Position numbers and translations under genes: made by a program. From positions 62,001 through 126,000 of IMG/VR virus record IMGVR_UViG_3300009508_000011: DNA of 64,000 nucleotides, one strand, 5' to 3'. Positions 9,140-19,348 of this stretch are shown here, piece after piece (the stretch's first letter is position 1; each line of letters opens with the position of its first letter). Under the pieces are notes generated by a model. It worked only from the letters and a program-made list of their open reading frames with translations. It had not been told where the DNA came from and did not search any database.

Positions 9140-11035
9140 TTACCATTTGGTACGAGCGTTTTGGTTTGTGTATCCACCACGAGCGCCACCGAATTGGTTT
9201 TGCTGATTGAACATACCAGAGTGTTGGTTGCCTTGGCTTGCAAAACGTTGGTAGTTAGTAGTTGGACGTGTACCAGTAGTCATGTCTTGGTAAACACCTT
9301 CTGGACGTACGTTAGCACCGGCTGCTGCACATGCTTTAGCAAGAGCTAAGATGAAATCACTTGTGAAATCAACACGACGAGAGTAACCAGTAACATGTAC
9401 GTTACCTTCACCAAGTAAACCACGTAAGATGTTAAGACGACGTTGTAGACGCATGTCTTCCGCAACGTTAGTCGCAGTGAATGTATCAACGTAATCGGTA
9501 ACCACTTGTAAATCGCTACCACCTTGTAGGTTAAGCATTGCCAAGTAATCGATTTCACGTAGGTCTTTCTTGTTACCATCTTGGTCGATGTAGTAACCGT
9601 TATGTACACGAGTTACGTCACCAGTGAACAATTGTCCACCTTGGAAGATGTTAGAGAAGTTACCGTTAGTAAGGTTGTCCGCTGCTTCAACTAAAGTTTG
9701 GGCTGCTTTCTGGTTACCACATGCCGCATCAATCATGATGTGTTGTACCCAAGTCATTGGGCCAGCTTCTGCGATATCCATAGAGTATACCAAGTTAGGG
9801 AATACAGCTACGCCAAGTAGTTGTAACAACATTGCAGGAGTGAAGTCTGCTGCTTTGGTGTCAACTTCTACGTCAGCTAATGCTGGACATTCGTACTTAA
9901 CAGCACCAACATCATGCATGTCCGTACCTTTAACATTGTAATTAGGTAAGAACGCACGAGCCCAGTTATGTTCTTCATCAAGGATTGCTGCATTAGCAAG
10001 ACCTTGTAATTGAAGTTCAAGACTAACTGAATCAATACCGTGAGTGATACCAGTCATGATGAAGCGTGGAATGTAACATTGAGTTACTGGTGCTTGTTGA
10101 GCACCCCATGCTTGTGGTTGATTAGCTGGAGCTGATGGCTGACCGAACACGTTTTGTTGTTGTGGTGGTGCAGTGTAAATCAAATCCATGTAACCAGTAG
10201 TTTCAGCAATCATTACTGACTGTTGTCCCCAACCTTCATCTTGACCACCTTGGTTAGCCGTAGCTTTCATTCCGATTTGAATATCAGAACGTACGATTTC
10301 ACCAGTGCCAGATTCAGTGCTAGTCGCCATGAAGTCAAGACGTGCACTTACAGTTTCTTGCTGTGGGTCCCACATTGTTACGCTGTATTTTTCTTCAACG
10401 CCACCAAGAACACGGTCAAGTAAACCAATGTTAGAGTTACTTACGTCGAAAATGATATTGTGTAAACGAGGCTCATCTTCATGGCTAAGGCCACGAGGAA
10501 TTACAACTACACCAGCTTCATGTAATTGTGCGCCTTGCGGGAAGTGACCAGATAATACTTCAGTGATTACATGCCATAACTTATCAGTTTGGATATCACC
10601 TGCAACACGCTCAACTTCAACGTTAACGCCATTGATGTTGTTTTGACGCGGGGCTAATGCTTCACCAGAATCTTCAAGTACGATAGCAGTTACTGCAACT
10701 AAGTCAGCATCTGGTACTTTAGTACATGCAAGAATCATTGAGTAAGGTAAGCCGTAACCATCACGCTCAACAGCAATGAACTTAAGGTCATCAGCTTCTT
10801 GTGCTTCAAGGATTGCTTGGAATGCTTGTACATAAGCAGTTAAGTTCTTACCAGTACCTGTACGGCTGATAGAACGACGTAAACGTGAACTTGCACCAAT
10901 GATACCAGCGCGAGGAGCAGTTTGTTCTGCGGCAGATTGAGTAGCTTGCTCAGTCTGTTCACTAGCACCTGCTTGCTTGAAAGCGTCTTTCATTGCGTTG
11001 TTACCAGGGGCTGCATTTTTGTCTTTGATTGACAT
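9140..11035 (-). CDS. chmA: Chimallin, major phage nuclear shell protein (PhuN / phiKZ gp54-like)
   Basis: 631 aa, with flexible Q/N/G-rich termini, YIPRFIMT and FILALAKACAAAG motifs. Syntenic between DNA polymerase and nvRNAP beta'. Confidence 0.9.
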   Translation of the reverse strand: MSIKDKNAAPGNNAMKDAFKQAGASEQTEQATQSAAEQTAPRAGIIGASSRLRRSISRTGTGKNLTAYVQAFQAILEAQEADDLKFIAVERDGYGLPYSMILACTKVPDADLVAVTAIVLEDSGEALAPRQNNINGVNVEVERVAGDIQTDKLWHVITEVLSGHFPQGAQLHEAGVVVIPRGLSHEDEPRLHNIIFDVSNSNIGLLDRVLGGVEEKYSVTMWDPQQETVSARLDFMATSTESGTGEIVRSDIQIGMKATANQGGQDEGWGQQSVMIAETTGYMDLIYTAPPQQQNVFGQPSAPANQPQAWGAQQAPVTQCYIPRFIMTGITHGIDSVSLELQLQGLANAAILDEEHNWARAFLPNYNVKGTDMHDVGAVKYECPALADVEVDTKAADFTPAMLLQLLGVAVFPNLVYSMDIAEAGPMTWVQHIMIDAACGNQKAAQTLVEAADNLTNGNFSNIFQGGQLFTGDVTRVHNGYYIDQDGNKKDLREIDYLAMLNLQGGSDLQVVTDYVDTFTATNVAEDMRLQRRLNILRGLLGEGNVHVTGYSRRVDFTSDFILALAKACAAAGANVRPEGVYQDMTTGTRPTTNYQRFASQGNQHSGMFNQQNQFGGARGGYTNQNARTKW

Positions 11036-11107
11036 ATCAATTTCCTTTCATTGTTAAATCGATTTAATATTAAAGTTTTCGTTGCAACGTTGCTGTTATT
11101 GCACCTG

Positions 11108-11126
11108 AATGATATAGATGTGAAAA
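11108..11126 (-). promoter_or_regulatory. Early-type promoter upstream of chimallin
   Basis: Minus strand reads TTTTCACATCTATATCATT. Confidence 0.55.
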
Positions 11127-11218
11127 CAGTTTAAATCAACTAGATTAAGTGCGTGAACGCACAGACTTCAGTTATGGACAGCATACTGTCCAGCGAGACC
11201 GAAACAGTCTCTGTACAT

Positions 11219-11244
11219 ATAATAGAGAAGAGTGTGTAATTTTT
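11219..11244 (-). promoter_or_regulatory. Middle-type promoter upstream of the chimallin leader
   Basis: AAAAATTACACACTCTTCTCTATTAT. Confidence 0.55.
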
Positions 11245-11361
11245 ATTTGAACACAATCTCCACTATTGTATTACTACTATATAAGGTATGTTTATAATAC
11301 CCTCAATGCTTTTCATTCTATTTATGATTCTTAACAAATTTAACTCTGCAAGGATACACAA

Positions 11362-12453
11362 ATGCAAAATCTTATTTTTGGCGATGTGCCAGACTATAAT
11401 GTCTCCAAGGTAGAGTATCCAAAGCTTGATTATGTTTTACGTGGTATGGCCGACAATCTAGAAAAGGTTATAAACTACGAACGCCGTAACAGTAAAGTAG
11501 TTGCAGCTGACCATCCTCTACTAGGGATGCTTACACATGCCGGTCAAGATTTAGATGCAGATATCCGTTTTCAATATTTAGCAGCGATGGACTTAAATGA
11601 CCAATGGTGCGCAGCTAGAGGTATAACTACAGCTAGTAAAACAGCTCCACCAATGTTAGGTGAATTCCTAGGTGGTGGTGATGTAGAGTTCTTAGTTAGT
11701 TCTATTACTAGAATACCTAATAACAAATTCATTAATAACTCATACGCCGACTGGGAATCATTGACTCCTGTTAGAGTAGTTACCAGTAATTACCACGACA
11801 GTTATCCGTGGATACCTGGAGAAGCTCCTGACGATGGTAACCAATGGGCGTTGATAACAATCGATTTACCAATGCTCTCCATAATGTATCGCGAGTGGGT
11901 AAAAAATCTCAAGAAAGAAAATCGTCAAGAAACTCGTTCTGCTTTTATACGTAACTACGTTTTAGCAAATGCAATTAAATCGCATCAACGTGCTAAGCAT
12001 TTAAACAGACTAATACGTTTAAAGTCCGGGTTAGATGTTGACCATGTTCGTTCTAGTTCTGAAATCTCTACAGTCGACTATGAAGGAAGACTTAAGAAAG
12101 AACAGTATAGGATGCTCAAGGACAACTCAATGCGTGACCTTAATTGGATTGAGTTAATGAAGAACACAATAATTGATAAGGAAGAGGACTTAACCTACTT
12201 CTTAGATATTATTAATGCGACAGAAACAAGCCAAAACCGATGGGCTCTGGCATTGTCTCAAGTTCATCTGTGGCGATTCCTTTTACTACACGATAAAGAC
12301 TCTGGTGTTAATCAGCAGTACCGTGAACGTTTACAGAGATTCCTGTATGAGTTAGAGAGAGACCGTGGTGTAAATGGTCTCCGTAACTATCAGGCTGTGA
12401 ACTTAGTAAAGGACGAGTTTAAAAGAGTACTAGACCTGTGTAAGGAAAGGTAA
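11362..12453 (+). CDS. Conserved Chimalliviridae protein on the opposite strand between DNA polymerase and chimallin
   Basis: 363 aa ORF. Position and orientation match the phiKZ-like core block. Confidence 0.7.
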   Translation: MQNLIFGDVPDYNVSKVEYPKLDYVLRGMADNLEKVINYERRNSKVVAADHPLLGMLTHAGQDLDADIRFQYLAAMDLNDQWCAARGITTASKTAPPMLGEFLGGGDVEFLVSSITRIPNNKFINNSYADWESLTPVRVVTSNYHDSYPWIPGEAPDDGNQWALITIDLPMLSIMYREWVKNLKKENRQETRSAFIRNYVLANAIKSHQRAKHLNRLIRLKSGLDVDHVRSSSEISTVDYEGRLKKEQYRMLKDNSMRDLNWIELMKNTIIDKEEDLTYFLDIINATETSQNRWALALSQVHLWRFLLLHDKDSGVNQQYRERLQRFLYELERDRGVNGLRNYQAVNLVKDEFKRVLDLCKER

Positions 12454-14586
12454 ATCTTTTAAGAAGTCCGACGGTAACTTGGAGTTATATTGATTCTTCA
12501 TGAATATACCCATAGACTCCAATACTAGAATATACGGTTCTAACAGAGTGGCACAAACCTTACGGATGTCCTTTGCTAGTAACAGTTCTTCTGGTATACC
12601 AACTTGACTAACAATCTCTATAGGGAGGACTGCAATCTTGTAGTCCTTCTTATTTTGACCGGTTAACCATTGTTCCATACGGTACGCAATATCTTTATCT
12701 TCAATTTTACTTAACCATAACTTAACAGCTGTGGCATTAGGTAAGTCTAAAGATAACTTAACTCCGATGTATGGTGGTGGTGGAGCTTTCCCATATTTAG
12801 GTGCGAATACATAATCCCACATTTCGTAGTGTATGTAAGGAGAACTTTCAGGATTCTTATAAGATTCCTTATCCTTAACAGCAGCGAACTGTAGGTACTC
12901 TGTCTTACCAGTAACCAATGATGTAGTAATTTCATTTTCTACCGCTACAGCTTCTTCTAGGAGCTTCTGTAGTGATAATGTCTTACCAGCCATCACTTCA
13001 TCCATAATCCCCTCAGTAAACTTGTTGAAACGTTTCATGATGTGACTTGGAATCTTAGAGTTCTTAAGTGATACACCTTTATACTCGGGTTCTAACTCAT
13101 CGTAAGCGTTACCTTCACATGCACTTATATAACTAAAGTAATGTTTGGCCTTGGTGGTTAAAGATAACACAGGGAAGAAGAATTCGTTCTTCATTTCCAA
13201 TTTACTAATGTGTTCAGGTACAACACCCATACCGGCAGATAACTGAGCCAATAGATGTACTGTAGTTTGCGATGTAAGATAAACCATTACCGCACCTACT
13301 GAATTAGATACGTCATCGAAACCTAACTCGCCACCATTATACCACTTAACCCAATCTTGTACTGTAAAGATAGTAGAGTCAGTATCGGATACTATTACTG
13401 TCTTACGGATAGACTGTAGGAAGTATGCAACTGATGGTGGTGGATTATCCGTACACCAGAATGAGTTAATCAAAAGAGAGAACTTTTCTAATGTCTCATA
13501 TGTACGTTTAACCTGTGCGCCTAATAAGGCGTATTTATGCGGTGCATCCTTTTCTAAGTCCCACCAAGTAGAACCTTTTAATTCTTCAGCACAAACAATA
13601 CCAATCAATGCTGTAACATCAGCATCCATCTTTTCAATCCATTCTTTAGGATTATCTACAGGTTCAGTAGCCTTAACAGCAAGAGGTGTAATTAGACTAC
13701 GTACTACTTCAGGATTGTATTCGGTTAGATGATACAAATCTTGAGTGTATAAATAAGCAGCACATTGAATTGGTGTTAAGCCTTTAATGTAGTCAGCTAT
13801 GCGTTGAAATCTTTCAGGTGAACGCCAGTATTGGTCAGTAGAACGAGCTACAGCTTTAGTGACTTCATCAGGAGTTGGGTAATGTAGATTGTACGCAGAC
13901 ATAGCAGCTTCAATCTTTTCATAGTTACTAGACTGCACTATGGATACGATGTTATTAATAGCGATGTCAGCATTACGATAATGTCTATTACCCATTAGGT
14001 ATCGTTCGGTGTTAGCATTTGAATATGATGTAGCTGAACGACAGGTAGACGTTAAGGTTGGGTGAGCTGATTTAAGGTATAAAGAATTATGCTCACTTAA
14101 GTGTGCACCTGATATAGAGTTGTTTTTAATTTTGAACGTTGACTGTAGTACGTGCTTAATAGCAGCAGACTCATGGTCACCATTCGCTTTATCTTTTTGT
14201 CCAGCTTTCTTTACCACCTTACGCTTAGCAACGTTACCATCGATGTATTCAGAAAGTATTGAACGTTGTTCATGTGGATTGACATAATTGGTTAACGTTG
14301 GTGCCATTAGATAATTATTATCTTCAATGTCACTTAGGAACTGACTGAACGGGATAGATGCTTTAATGCGTCCTGCCTTTTGGTCACGGTGTAATATTCT
14401 AGTTGATGGGTCATCTAATTCAAATGTACCGCCTTTACCAGTTACTTTCTCAACAAAAGCTAATGCATCTTCTAACGGGATGTCCTCAACTGTTGCAATG
14501 TAATGTGCAGCATCGTTTGTTGCAGCTTTTAAAATATTCAAGTCTCTGCCGTAGTCTTCAGCAGGTTTTACGAAAGGAGAAGTCAT
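12430..14586 (-). CDS. Family B DNA polymerase, polymerase-domain subunit (phiKZ gp50-like)
   Basis: IVSDTDSTIF (PolB region I), KIKNNSISG (region III KxxxNS), HPTLTSTCR, KAKHY. Confidence 0.9.
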   Translation of the reverse strand: MTSPFVKPAEDYGRDLNILKAATNDAAHYIATVEDIPLEDALAFVEKVTGKGGTFELDDPSTRILHRDQKAGRIKASIPFSQFLSDIEDNNYLMAPTLTNYVNPHEQRSILSEYIDGNVAKRKVVKKAGQKDKANGDHESAAIKHVLQSTFKIKNNSISGAHLSEHNSLYLKSAHPTLTSTCRSATSYSNANTERYLMGNRHYRNADIAINNIVSIVQSSNYEKIEAAMSAYNLHYPTPDEVTKAVARSTDQYWRSPERFQRIADYIKGLTPIQCAAYLYTQDLYHLTEYNPEVVRSLITPLAVKATEPVDNPKEWIEKMDADVTALIGIVCAEELKGSTWWDLEKDAPHKYALLGAQVKRTYETLEKFSLLINSFWCTDNPPPSVAYFLQSIRKTVIVSDTDSTIFTVQDWVKWYNGGELGFDDVSNSVGAVMVYLTSQTTVHLLAQLSAGMGVVPEHISKLEMKNEFFFPVLSLTTKAKHYFSYISACEGNAYDELEPEYKGVSLKNSKIPSHIMKRFNKFTEGIMDEVMAGKTLSLQKLLEEAVAVENEITTSLVTGKTEYLQFAAVKDKESYKNPESSPYIHYEMWDYVFAPKYGKAPPPPYIGVKLSLDLPNATAVKLWLSKIEDKDIAYRMEQWLTGQNKKDYKIAVLPIEIVSQVGIPEELLLAKDIRKVCATLLEPYILVLESMGIFMKNQYNSKLPSDFLKDLPFLTQV

Positions 14587-14649
14587 CTCTAGTTCCTTTG
14601 GTTATTTACCACTATACCAAAGTGCCTGTCAGTATTTTTTATATTTAAC

Positions 14650-14676
14650 AAAAAAATAAAGGGGTCACGTGACCCC
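14650..14676 (-). terminator. Intrinsic terminator
   Basis: GGGGTC/GACCCC stem plus U-tract. Confidence 0.8.
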
Positions 14677-14682
14677 AATACT

Positions 14683-15105
14683 TTAATAGAAATAATGACG
14701 CATTCTACAACGATACCAAACATCAAACATGTCTGAGTCTTTACGAGTTTCCTTAGGACATATAGCTTCCATAATACGTCTACGCATTTCATCAGCCCCT
14801 AATTTCTTCAACTCATCTTCTACCGTACCTTCATTATCGTGAATGATAACTTCCGACCAAACTAAAGCAGAGGCCATATCGTCATCACTTTCTATTGCGT
14901 AATAATGGTCAAAGTTGGATTGGTTTGTTTCAACATTACCGTCCTTAATACGATAACGCATACGGGCAAAGCCCCATACAGTTACTAATCGCCCTGGATG
15001 GTCTTTACTCATTTCTATAGCCTTTCTAAGAACATCGCCCTCAGTAACAAAGACATCTAAGTCATTTGCTGGGTGACCACCAAGACTTACTTGTATATTC
15101 CACAT
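14683..15105 (-). CDS. Hypothetical protein (140 aa)
   Basis: ORF with RBS in operon. Confidence 0.65.
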   Translation of the reverse strand: MWNIQVSLGGHPANDLDVFVTEGDVLRKAIEMSKDHPGRLVTVWGFARMRYRIKDGNVETNQSNFDHYYAIESDDDMASALVWSEVIIHDNEGTVEDELKKLGADEMRRRIMEAICPKETRKDSDMFDVWYRCRMRHYFY

Positions 15106-15108
15106 TAC

Positions 15109-15381
15109 TTAATACTCCCTGTTAATGTATAAGTAGGTGCCGTGTGCACCGGCTGTTATTTTAGGGTATGTCACACCTTTTGCTAAATAAGTAGTTTCTC
15201 TACATACGGTACATGCATGTGGGGAAACCTTGACGCCTTCTTTAAATACCGTACCTAGGGCAATCTGATGTACTAGGTTACCATTGTTACACTTAGGACA
15301 TTTAGCATTCTCTACAGAGGCATGTATCGGTTCAGATATCACTTCTGCTGGTTGTTCGGGATAATTTATTTCACTATCCAT
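15109..15381 (-). CDS. Small Zn-ribbon protein
   Basis: CPKC...PHACTVC. Similar to the N-terminal domain of the DHFR at 45464-46351. Confidence 0.65.
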   Translation of the reverse strand: MDSEINYPEQPAEVISEPIHASVENAKCPKCNNGNLVHQIALGTVFKEGVKVSPHACTVCRETTYLAKGVTYPKITAGAHGTYLYINREY

Positions 15382-15434
15382 TTTTCGTCTCCTTTTATTT
15401 AAACGACATAAAGGTGAGGAATTGACCCCACCGT

Positions 15435-15665
15435 TTATAACCTTTTACTCTCGGCAACTGCCATCGACAATAATCTATCTAACTCATCAGTTAACTGAAC
15501 ACGATAATTACATTTAAGATGCATAAAGGTATCTATGATAACAGGACGCACTATTTTAACCATAGCGTAGTCATCAAACTTACTTAGAGTTATCGATATG
15601 TTCGGATACTGCTTAGAGACGTATCTCTTTGTAGTCGTATACGAATACACATCGAACTTATCCAT
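15435..15665 (-). CDS. Hypothetical protein (76 aa)
   Basis: Packed ORF. Confidence 0.55.
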   Translation of the reverse strand: MDKFDVYSYTTTKRYVSKQYPNISITLSKFDDYAMVKIVRPVIIDTFMHLKCNYRVQLTDELDRLLSMAVAESKRL

Positions 15666-15667
15666 GT

Positions 15668-16081
15668 CTATACCATTTTAGCTTCTAATAATGACCAACC
15701 GCCAGCAGCAAGATGGTCTTTCAAACGTACTAACTCAGTAGAACTAATGTTACCAATCATTACTTGCGCAGTGCTGGAATTACGTTTTTCTAGAGTTGTC
15801 AGATTTATCCAAGGTACACCTACCGCAGTATAACGACCGTTAGGAAGTTTAACCTTTAGGTAGAAGTAAGCAAATGGGTCATCTGGACAAGTACCAGGAG
15901 ATAACAGTGGGAAGATGTTACGATGTAATGAATGCGGGTCTATTAAAGACTTCGCTGTATCTGCATCTACCATTGCCACAGCTTGTGCGTTTTCGAACTT
16001 TGTGGGTATGACAGCCTTAACATTTTCAAACACGCTAAAGCTGATTACATCCCCAAGTTTAATACCGGTAAATATTTCCAT
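15668..16081 (-). CDS. Conserved Chimalliviridae small beta-barrel protein (phiKZ gp49-like region)
   Basis: GDVISFSV...DPHSLHRNIFP.L..G..PDDPFAY.YLKV..PNG....VGVPWI motif is recalled from the core block upstream of the DNA polymerase. Confidence 0.65.
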   Translation of the reverse strand: MEIFTGIKLGDVISFSVFENVKAVIPTKFENAQAVAMVDADTAKSLIDPHSLHRNIFPLLSPGTCPDDPFAYFYLKVKLPNGRYTAVGVPWINLTTLEKRNSSTAQVMIGNISSTELVRLKDHLAAGGWSLLEAKMV

Positions 16082-16083
16082 TG

Positions 16084-16365
16084 CTATAAAACCTTAATTA
16101 GTAGGGACTTACATTCGTCAGCTGGTTCTATACCAACCAGTGCGAAGAAATCTAGTTGAACACCATACGATGAAAGAGTTTCTAGGAGTGCTTCCACCAA
16201 ATCAATGAATACCGGATTCATCTCATCAATGGGTTTGTCCATCTCTTTCCTAAACAACACTATAAGTATATCCAGTAAATCAGGAATATCCTCTAGTGAG
16301 TACTCGCTACGTATGCGACTCAAGTGGTGTGACAACCTAAGGGGCTGTACTAAAACTACTTTCAC
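16084..16365 (-). CDS. Hypothetical protein (93 aa)
   Basis: Packed ORF with GGAGG RBS. Confidence 0.6.
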   Translation of the reverse strand: MKVVLVQPLRLSHHLSRIRSEYSLEDIPDLLDILIVLFRKEMDKPIDEMNPVFIDLVEALLETLSSYGVQLDFFALVGIEPADECKSLLIKVL

Positions 16366-16374
16366 GCAACCTCC

Positions 16375-16782
16375 TTAATTTTCAAATTCCACTATAATAT
16401 CACCAGGTACCGTAGTCTCAACCACGAACATGTATGGTAATATTCTATCTGGGTCTGGATTATGTACTTCACCTAAACCAATAGCTATCATTTCCCGATT
16501 AAGCTTTACAGCCAGCCTAGCTAACTCATCAGATAACCCAGGAACCTCATCAATAGATACCTTAGCCATCGTCAACTCATCGTATTCATCTTTCATACCA
16601 AGTAAGGCATTACTTATCGAATCATACGGTTCATAAAAGTTATTAGGTTCAGTTACTGTAGCCGCATCAACCACAATAGATATTAAACTATGGTAATCGA
16701 CTTCCGCTATATCTAGTTCCACCATAGCTTCAGCAATTGCTTGGGTTATGTGCTTTGATGGTAGTATTGCACGTTGTCTCAT
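16375..16782 (-). CDS. Hypothetical protein, paralog of 16779-17201
   Basis: Shares EVD....I, GL...LA.L...L, DP...LP.M..V...GD...E. Confidence 0.65.
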   Translation of the reverse strand: MRQRAILPSKHITQAIAEAMVELDIAEVDYHSLISIVVDAATVTEPNNFYEPYDSISNALLGMKDEYDELTMAKVSIDEVPGLSDELARLAVKLNREMIAIGLGEVHNPDPDRILPYMFVVETTVPGDIIVEFEN

Positions 16783-17201
16783 AGTACTATCTCCTTCTGA
16801 TAGACTTCGATAACCATGTCACCGTATTTAGTTACATCTACCAGTGCCATATGCGGTAAATCGTTAGCGGGGTCAGTATTGTACCTATCCACCTCAAGAT
16901 TAATAAGTGTCCTGTAAAGTTTCTGTGATAAATTAACCAAGCCTTTATGTAACTCTGGAATTTCATATAGACCACATCCATCTAAGGACATGTACTCAGT
17001 TTCTTTAGTAAGTACCTTAAGTGCACCGTATGTAACCTCATCAAGTCTAGACCAGTTGGTATCATTAAAAGATAAAGAACCTACAAGGATAACTTTAGCT
17101 AGTTGTGATAAGTCTACCTCCGGAATATTAAACTCACCTATCATATCGGTAATAGTACTAACCAATTCTCTAGTTGGGATAATAACTATAATTCTATCCA
17201 T
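16779..17201 (-). CDS. Hypothetical protein, paralog of 16375-16782
   Basis: Same shared motifs; 4-nt overlap. Confidence 0.65.
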   Translation of the reverse strand: MDRIIVIIPTRELVSTITDMIGEFNIPEVDLSQLAKVILVGSLSFNDTNWSRLDEVTYGALKVLTKETEYMSLDGCGLYEIPELHKGLVNLSQKLYRTLINLEVDRYNTDPANDLPHMALVDVTKYGDMVIEVYQKEIVL

Positions 17202-17206
17202 AGTTA

Positions 17207-17575
17207 CTACTCCAAAAGGAAGTGAGCGCTGTCACCTATAATCTCAGAGAAATAAGCATCTCTCCCTGGATATTGTTTAACTGCTACACCTAAATCATTG
17301 GTAATGTATCTAGCTGAATCGTTTATTAAACCAACTAATGCTTGGTAATCATTACCGTCACCAAACTCAAGTGCGTCCGCTATATCATAGGACATTTCAG
17401 CAACCATATCTTTATCGTCAGCGTATGGGGCAATTGCCGCCAATAACTGTAAGACGTCATTAAATGATAGACCGAAGTTAGTATCTGTGGAGAAGATGGG
17501 ACTGTTATGGTGACTCACCTCTCTCCGTAAACGATGGATATTTATAACCACCGCTATTGTTTTATTATTTACCAT
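17207..17575 (-). CDS. Hypothetical protein (122 aa)
   Basis: Packed ORF in the PhuZ-to-polymerase small-gene block. Confidence 0.6.
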   Translation of the reverse strand: MVNNKTIAVVINIHRLRREVSHHNSPIFSTDTNFGLSFNDVLQLLAAIAPYADDKDMVAEMSYDIADALEFGDGNDYQALVGLINDSARYITNDLGVAVKQYPGRDAYFSEIIGDSAHFLLE

Positions 17576-17942
17576 AAATAAAGATATCTCCGTTTATTAA
17601 ATCTATACTTATTTCTCGATTGCAGAATTGCGTGTCTAACCTGTACGTTGATAATAGATATCGAGCATATGTAAAGGAAACGTGGGCTATTAGTTCATCT
17701 TCTTCAGAACTAGCACCCACATCCCAATAGTTGTAACGCTCCATGAAGCGATACCACCACTCTTTAGCTATAGACTCTTCAGTAGCTATAACACTCCAGC
17801 CAATCTCACGTAACATAAATAATGTACCGTGAATAAAGTCTTGTCTTGTTAACTCTTCAAAATCTTCTATTAAAAGGTTAGTACCGCGTAATGCAAACTC
17901 CACGCTATCTCCAGGGATAACACATGCAGTTACATCTACCAT
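17565..17942 (-). CDS. Hypothetical protein (about 125 aa)
   Basis: Start placed at ATG 17942 (AAGGT RBS) rather than the track's TTG at 18008. Confidence 0.55.
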   Translation of the reverse strand: MVDVTACVIPGDSVEFALRGTNLLIEDFEELTRQDFIHGTLFMLREIGWSVIATEESIAKEWWYRFMERYNYWDVGASSEEDELIAHVSFTYARYLLSTYRLDTQFCNREISIDLINGDIFIYGK

Positions 17943-17952
17943 GTTTTGTACC

Positions 17953-18435
17953 TTAATAGTTGTACGAGGTTCTTTGTCGTTCAGGAACGTAACCACCAGA
18001 TTCAGCAAACAGTTCGTCTTCTTTTCTCTGGCGTTCCATTTCTAAGACACGTCTATCGCCCCTATCTACAATCTTCAGATTATAAACAGCACCGCTAGGG
18101 TCACTATCTAAAAACTCAACATCGTATTCATGAAACTCACGCACTGGACCTATCCCTTGTCGAACCATTTCGAGTAACTCCTCTCTCATTACAGATTGAG
18201 CCTTCTCTAACACTTCGGTAGGGAAACCCATATCGCCCATTTGAATGGATAATTCCTCGGATTCATAGACAAGTCCACGGATACTATATGGATTAAGTAT
18301 ATACTTTAATTCTAACTCAATCCATGGACGCCAATTTACTATATCCAAATATAAATTGTTGTTCTTGGGTAAAGCCTTTTTAGTTTGGAGTATGGCGTGA
18401 CTTGCATCGAAAATAGCACCTACTGCTCTTGACAT
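17953..18435 (-). CDS. Conserved phiKZ-like hypothetical protein
   Basis: Packed ORF in the conserved block downstream of phuZ. Confidence 0.6.
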   Translation of the reverse strand: MSRAVGAIFDASHAILQTKKALPKNNNLYLDIVNWRPWIELELKYILNPYSIRGLVYESEELSIQMGDMGFPTEVLEKAQSVMREELLEMVRQGIGPVREFHEYDVEFLDSDPSGAVYNLKIVDRGDRRVLEMERQRKEDELFAESGGYVPERQRTSYNY

Positions 18436-18443
18436 ACGTTTAC

Positions 18444-18929
18444 CTACCTATTAAAAAAACCGTGTCCAATTACTGCACAGAACTCTGGTAACTCTTTATT
18501 ACTGCTTAGATAGTTATACAACATGTGGGCATAGTCACCTTGGTAAACTATAAAGAGTCCATCGTTGCGGAAGAATATATCCCATACACCAAATGGATTA
18601 CCTTTAATACATTTACCTAATAACAATTCAACATAATCAGTTACCCATGAGGTAGTACCTGGCCATTTACGGTCATGCATCTTTTCAATCATGTTTATTG
18701 CGTTAGTAGATACGTCATCCCCATAGTCAACCATTACAGTAATGGCATCTTGGAAACTAGCAACTATGAACTCTTCAAGTTTGTCTTCTGGAACGGGAAA
18801 ACCTTCTTCTTCCATAACACGTGCGGCTAACCGCTTGACTTCCAAACCATCTACAACAACATTCCCAGACTGTAGAAATTTATCTATGGCCTGTAAAGGT
18901 TTATAAGTTGGGTATCTAATGTTTAGCAT
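18444..18929 (-). CDS. Conserved phiKZ-like hypothetical protein
   Basis: Packed ORF in the conserved block downstream of phuZ. Confidence 0.6.
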   Translation of the reverse strand: MLNIRYPTYKPLQAIDKFLQSGNVVVDGLEVKRLAARVMEEEGFPVPEDKLEEFIVASFQDAITVMVDYGDDVSTNAINMIEKMHDRKWPGTTSWVTDYVELLLGKCIKGNPFGVWDIFFRNDGLFIVYQGDYAHMLYNYLSSNKELPEFCAVIGHGFFNR

Positions 18930-19291
18930 TCTATCTCCAGTAAAGACTCTCGTACTTTTATTTTAATGTTCATCACATTACATTCACCTAGTTGTGAACG
19001 CATATGACGTTCTCTTCTGTACAGTTCCTTATCGATACGTGAAATCAACTCCGTGGGTACAGAATGGATATATCGGTAAAGCGCGTAAGGGAGTCGAGAA
19101 TTATTGTTAATTTGTCTAGCGGCGAACATTAAGGAAAACTCTTCCAGTCTTGATAGGATTATAAGTTCAATAAAAGAATCACGCATATGTTGGTATTCCA
19201 TAAACTCTGAAATGACCTCATCTACATATTTCCCAACTTCTCTTATTTCCCATAAAGCATCTAGAATAACTAGTCGTCGACTTTCATTCAT
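18923..19291 (-). CDS. Conserved phiKZ-like hypothetical protein
   Basis: First gene of the block, GAGG RBS, middle-type promoter upstream. Confidence 0.6.
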   Translation of the reverse strand: MNESRRLVILDALWEIREVGKYVDEVISEFMEYQHMRDSFIELIILSRLEEFSLMFAARQINNNSRLPYALYRYIHSVPTELISRIDKELYRRERHMRSQLGECNVMNIKIKVRESLLEIEC

Positions 19292-19348
19292 ATTGCCTCT
19301 CTCGTTTATTTGAGGATATATACTCCTCCCCTCTATACTAAAAGGGGA

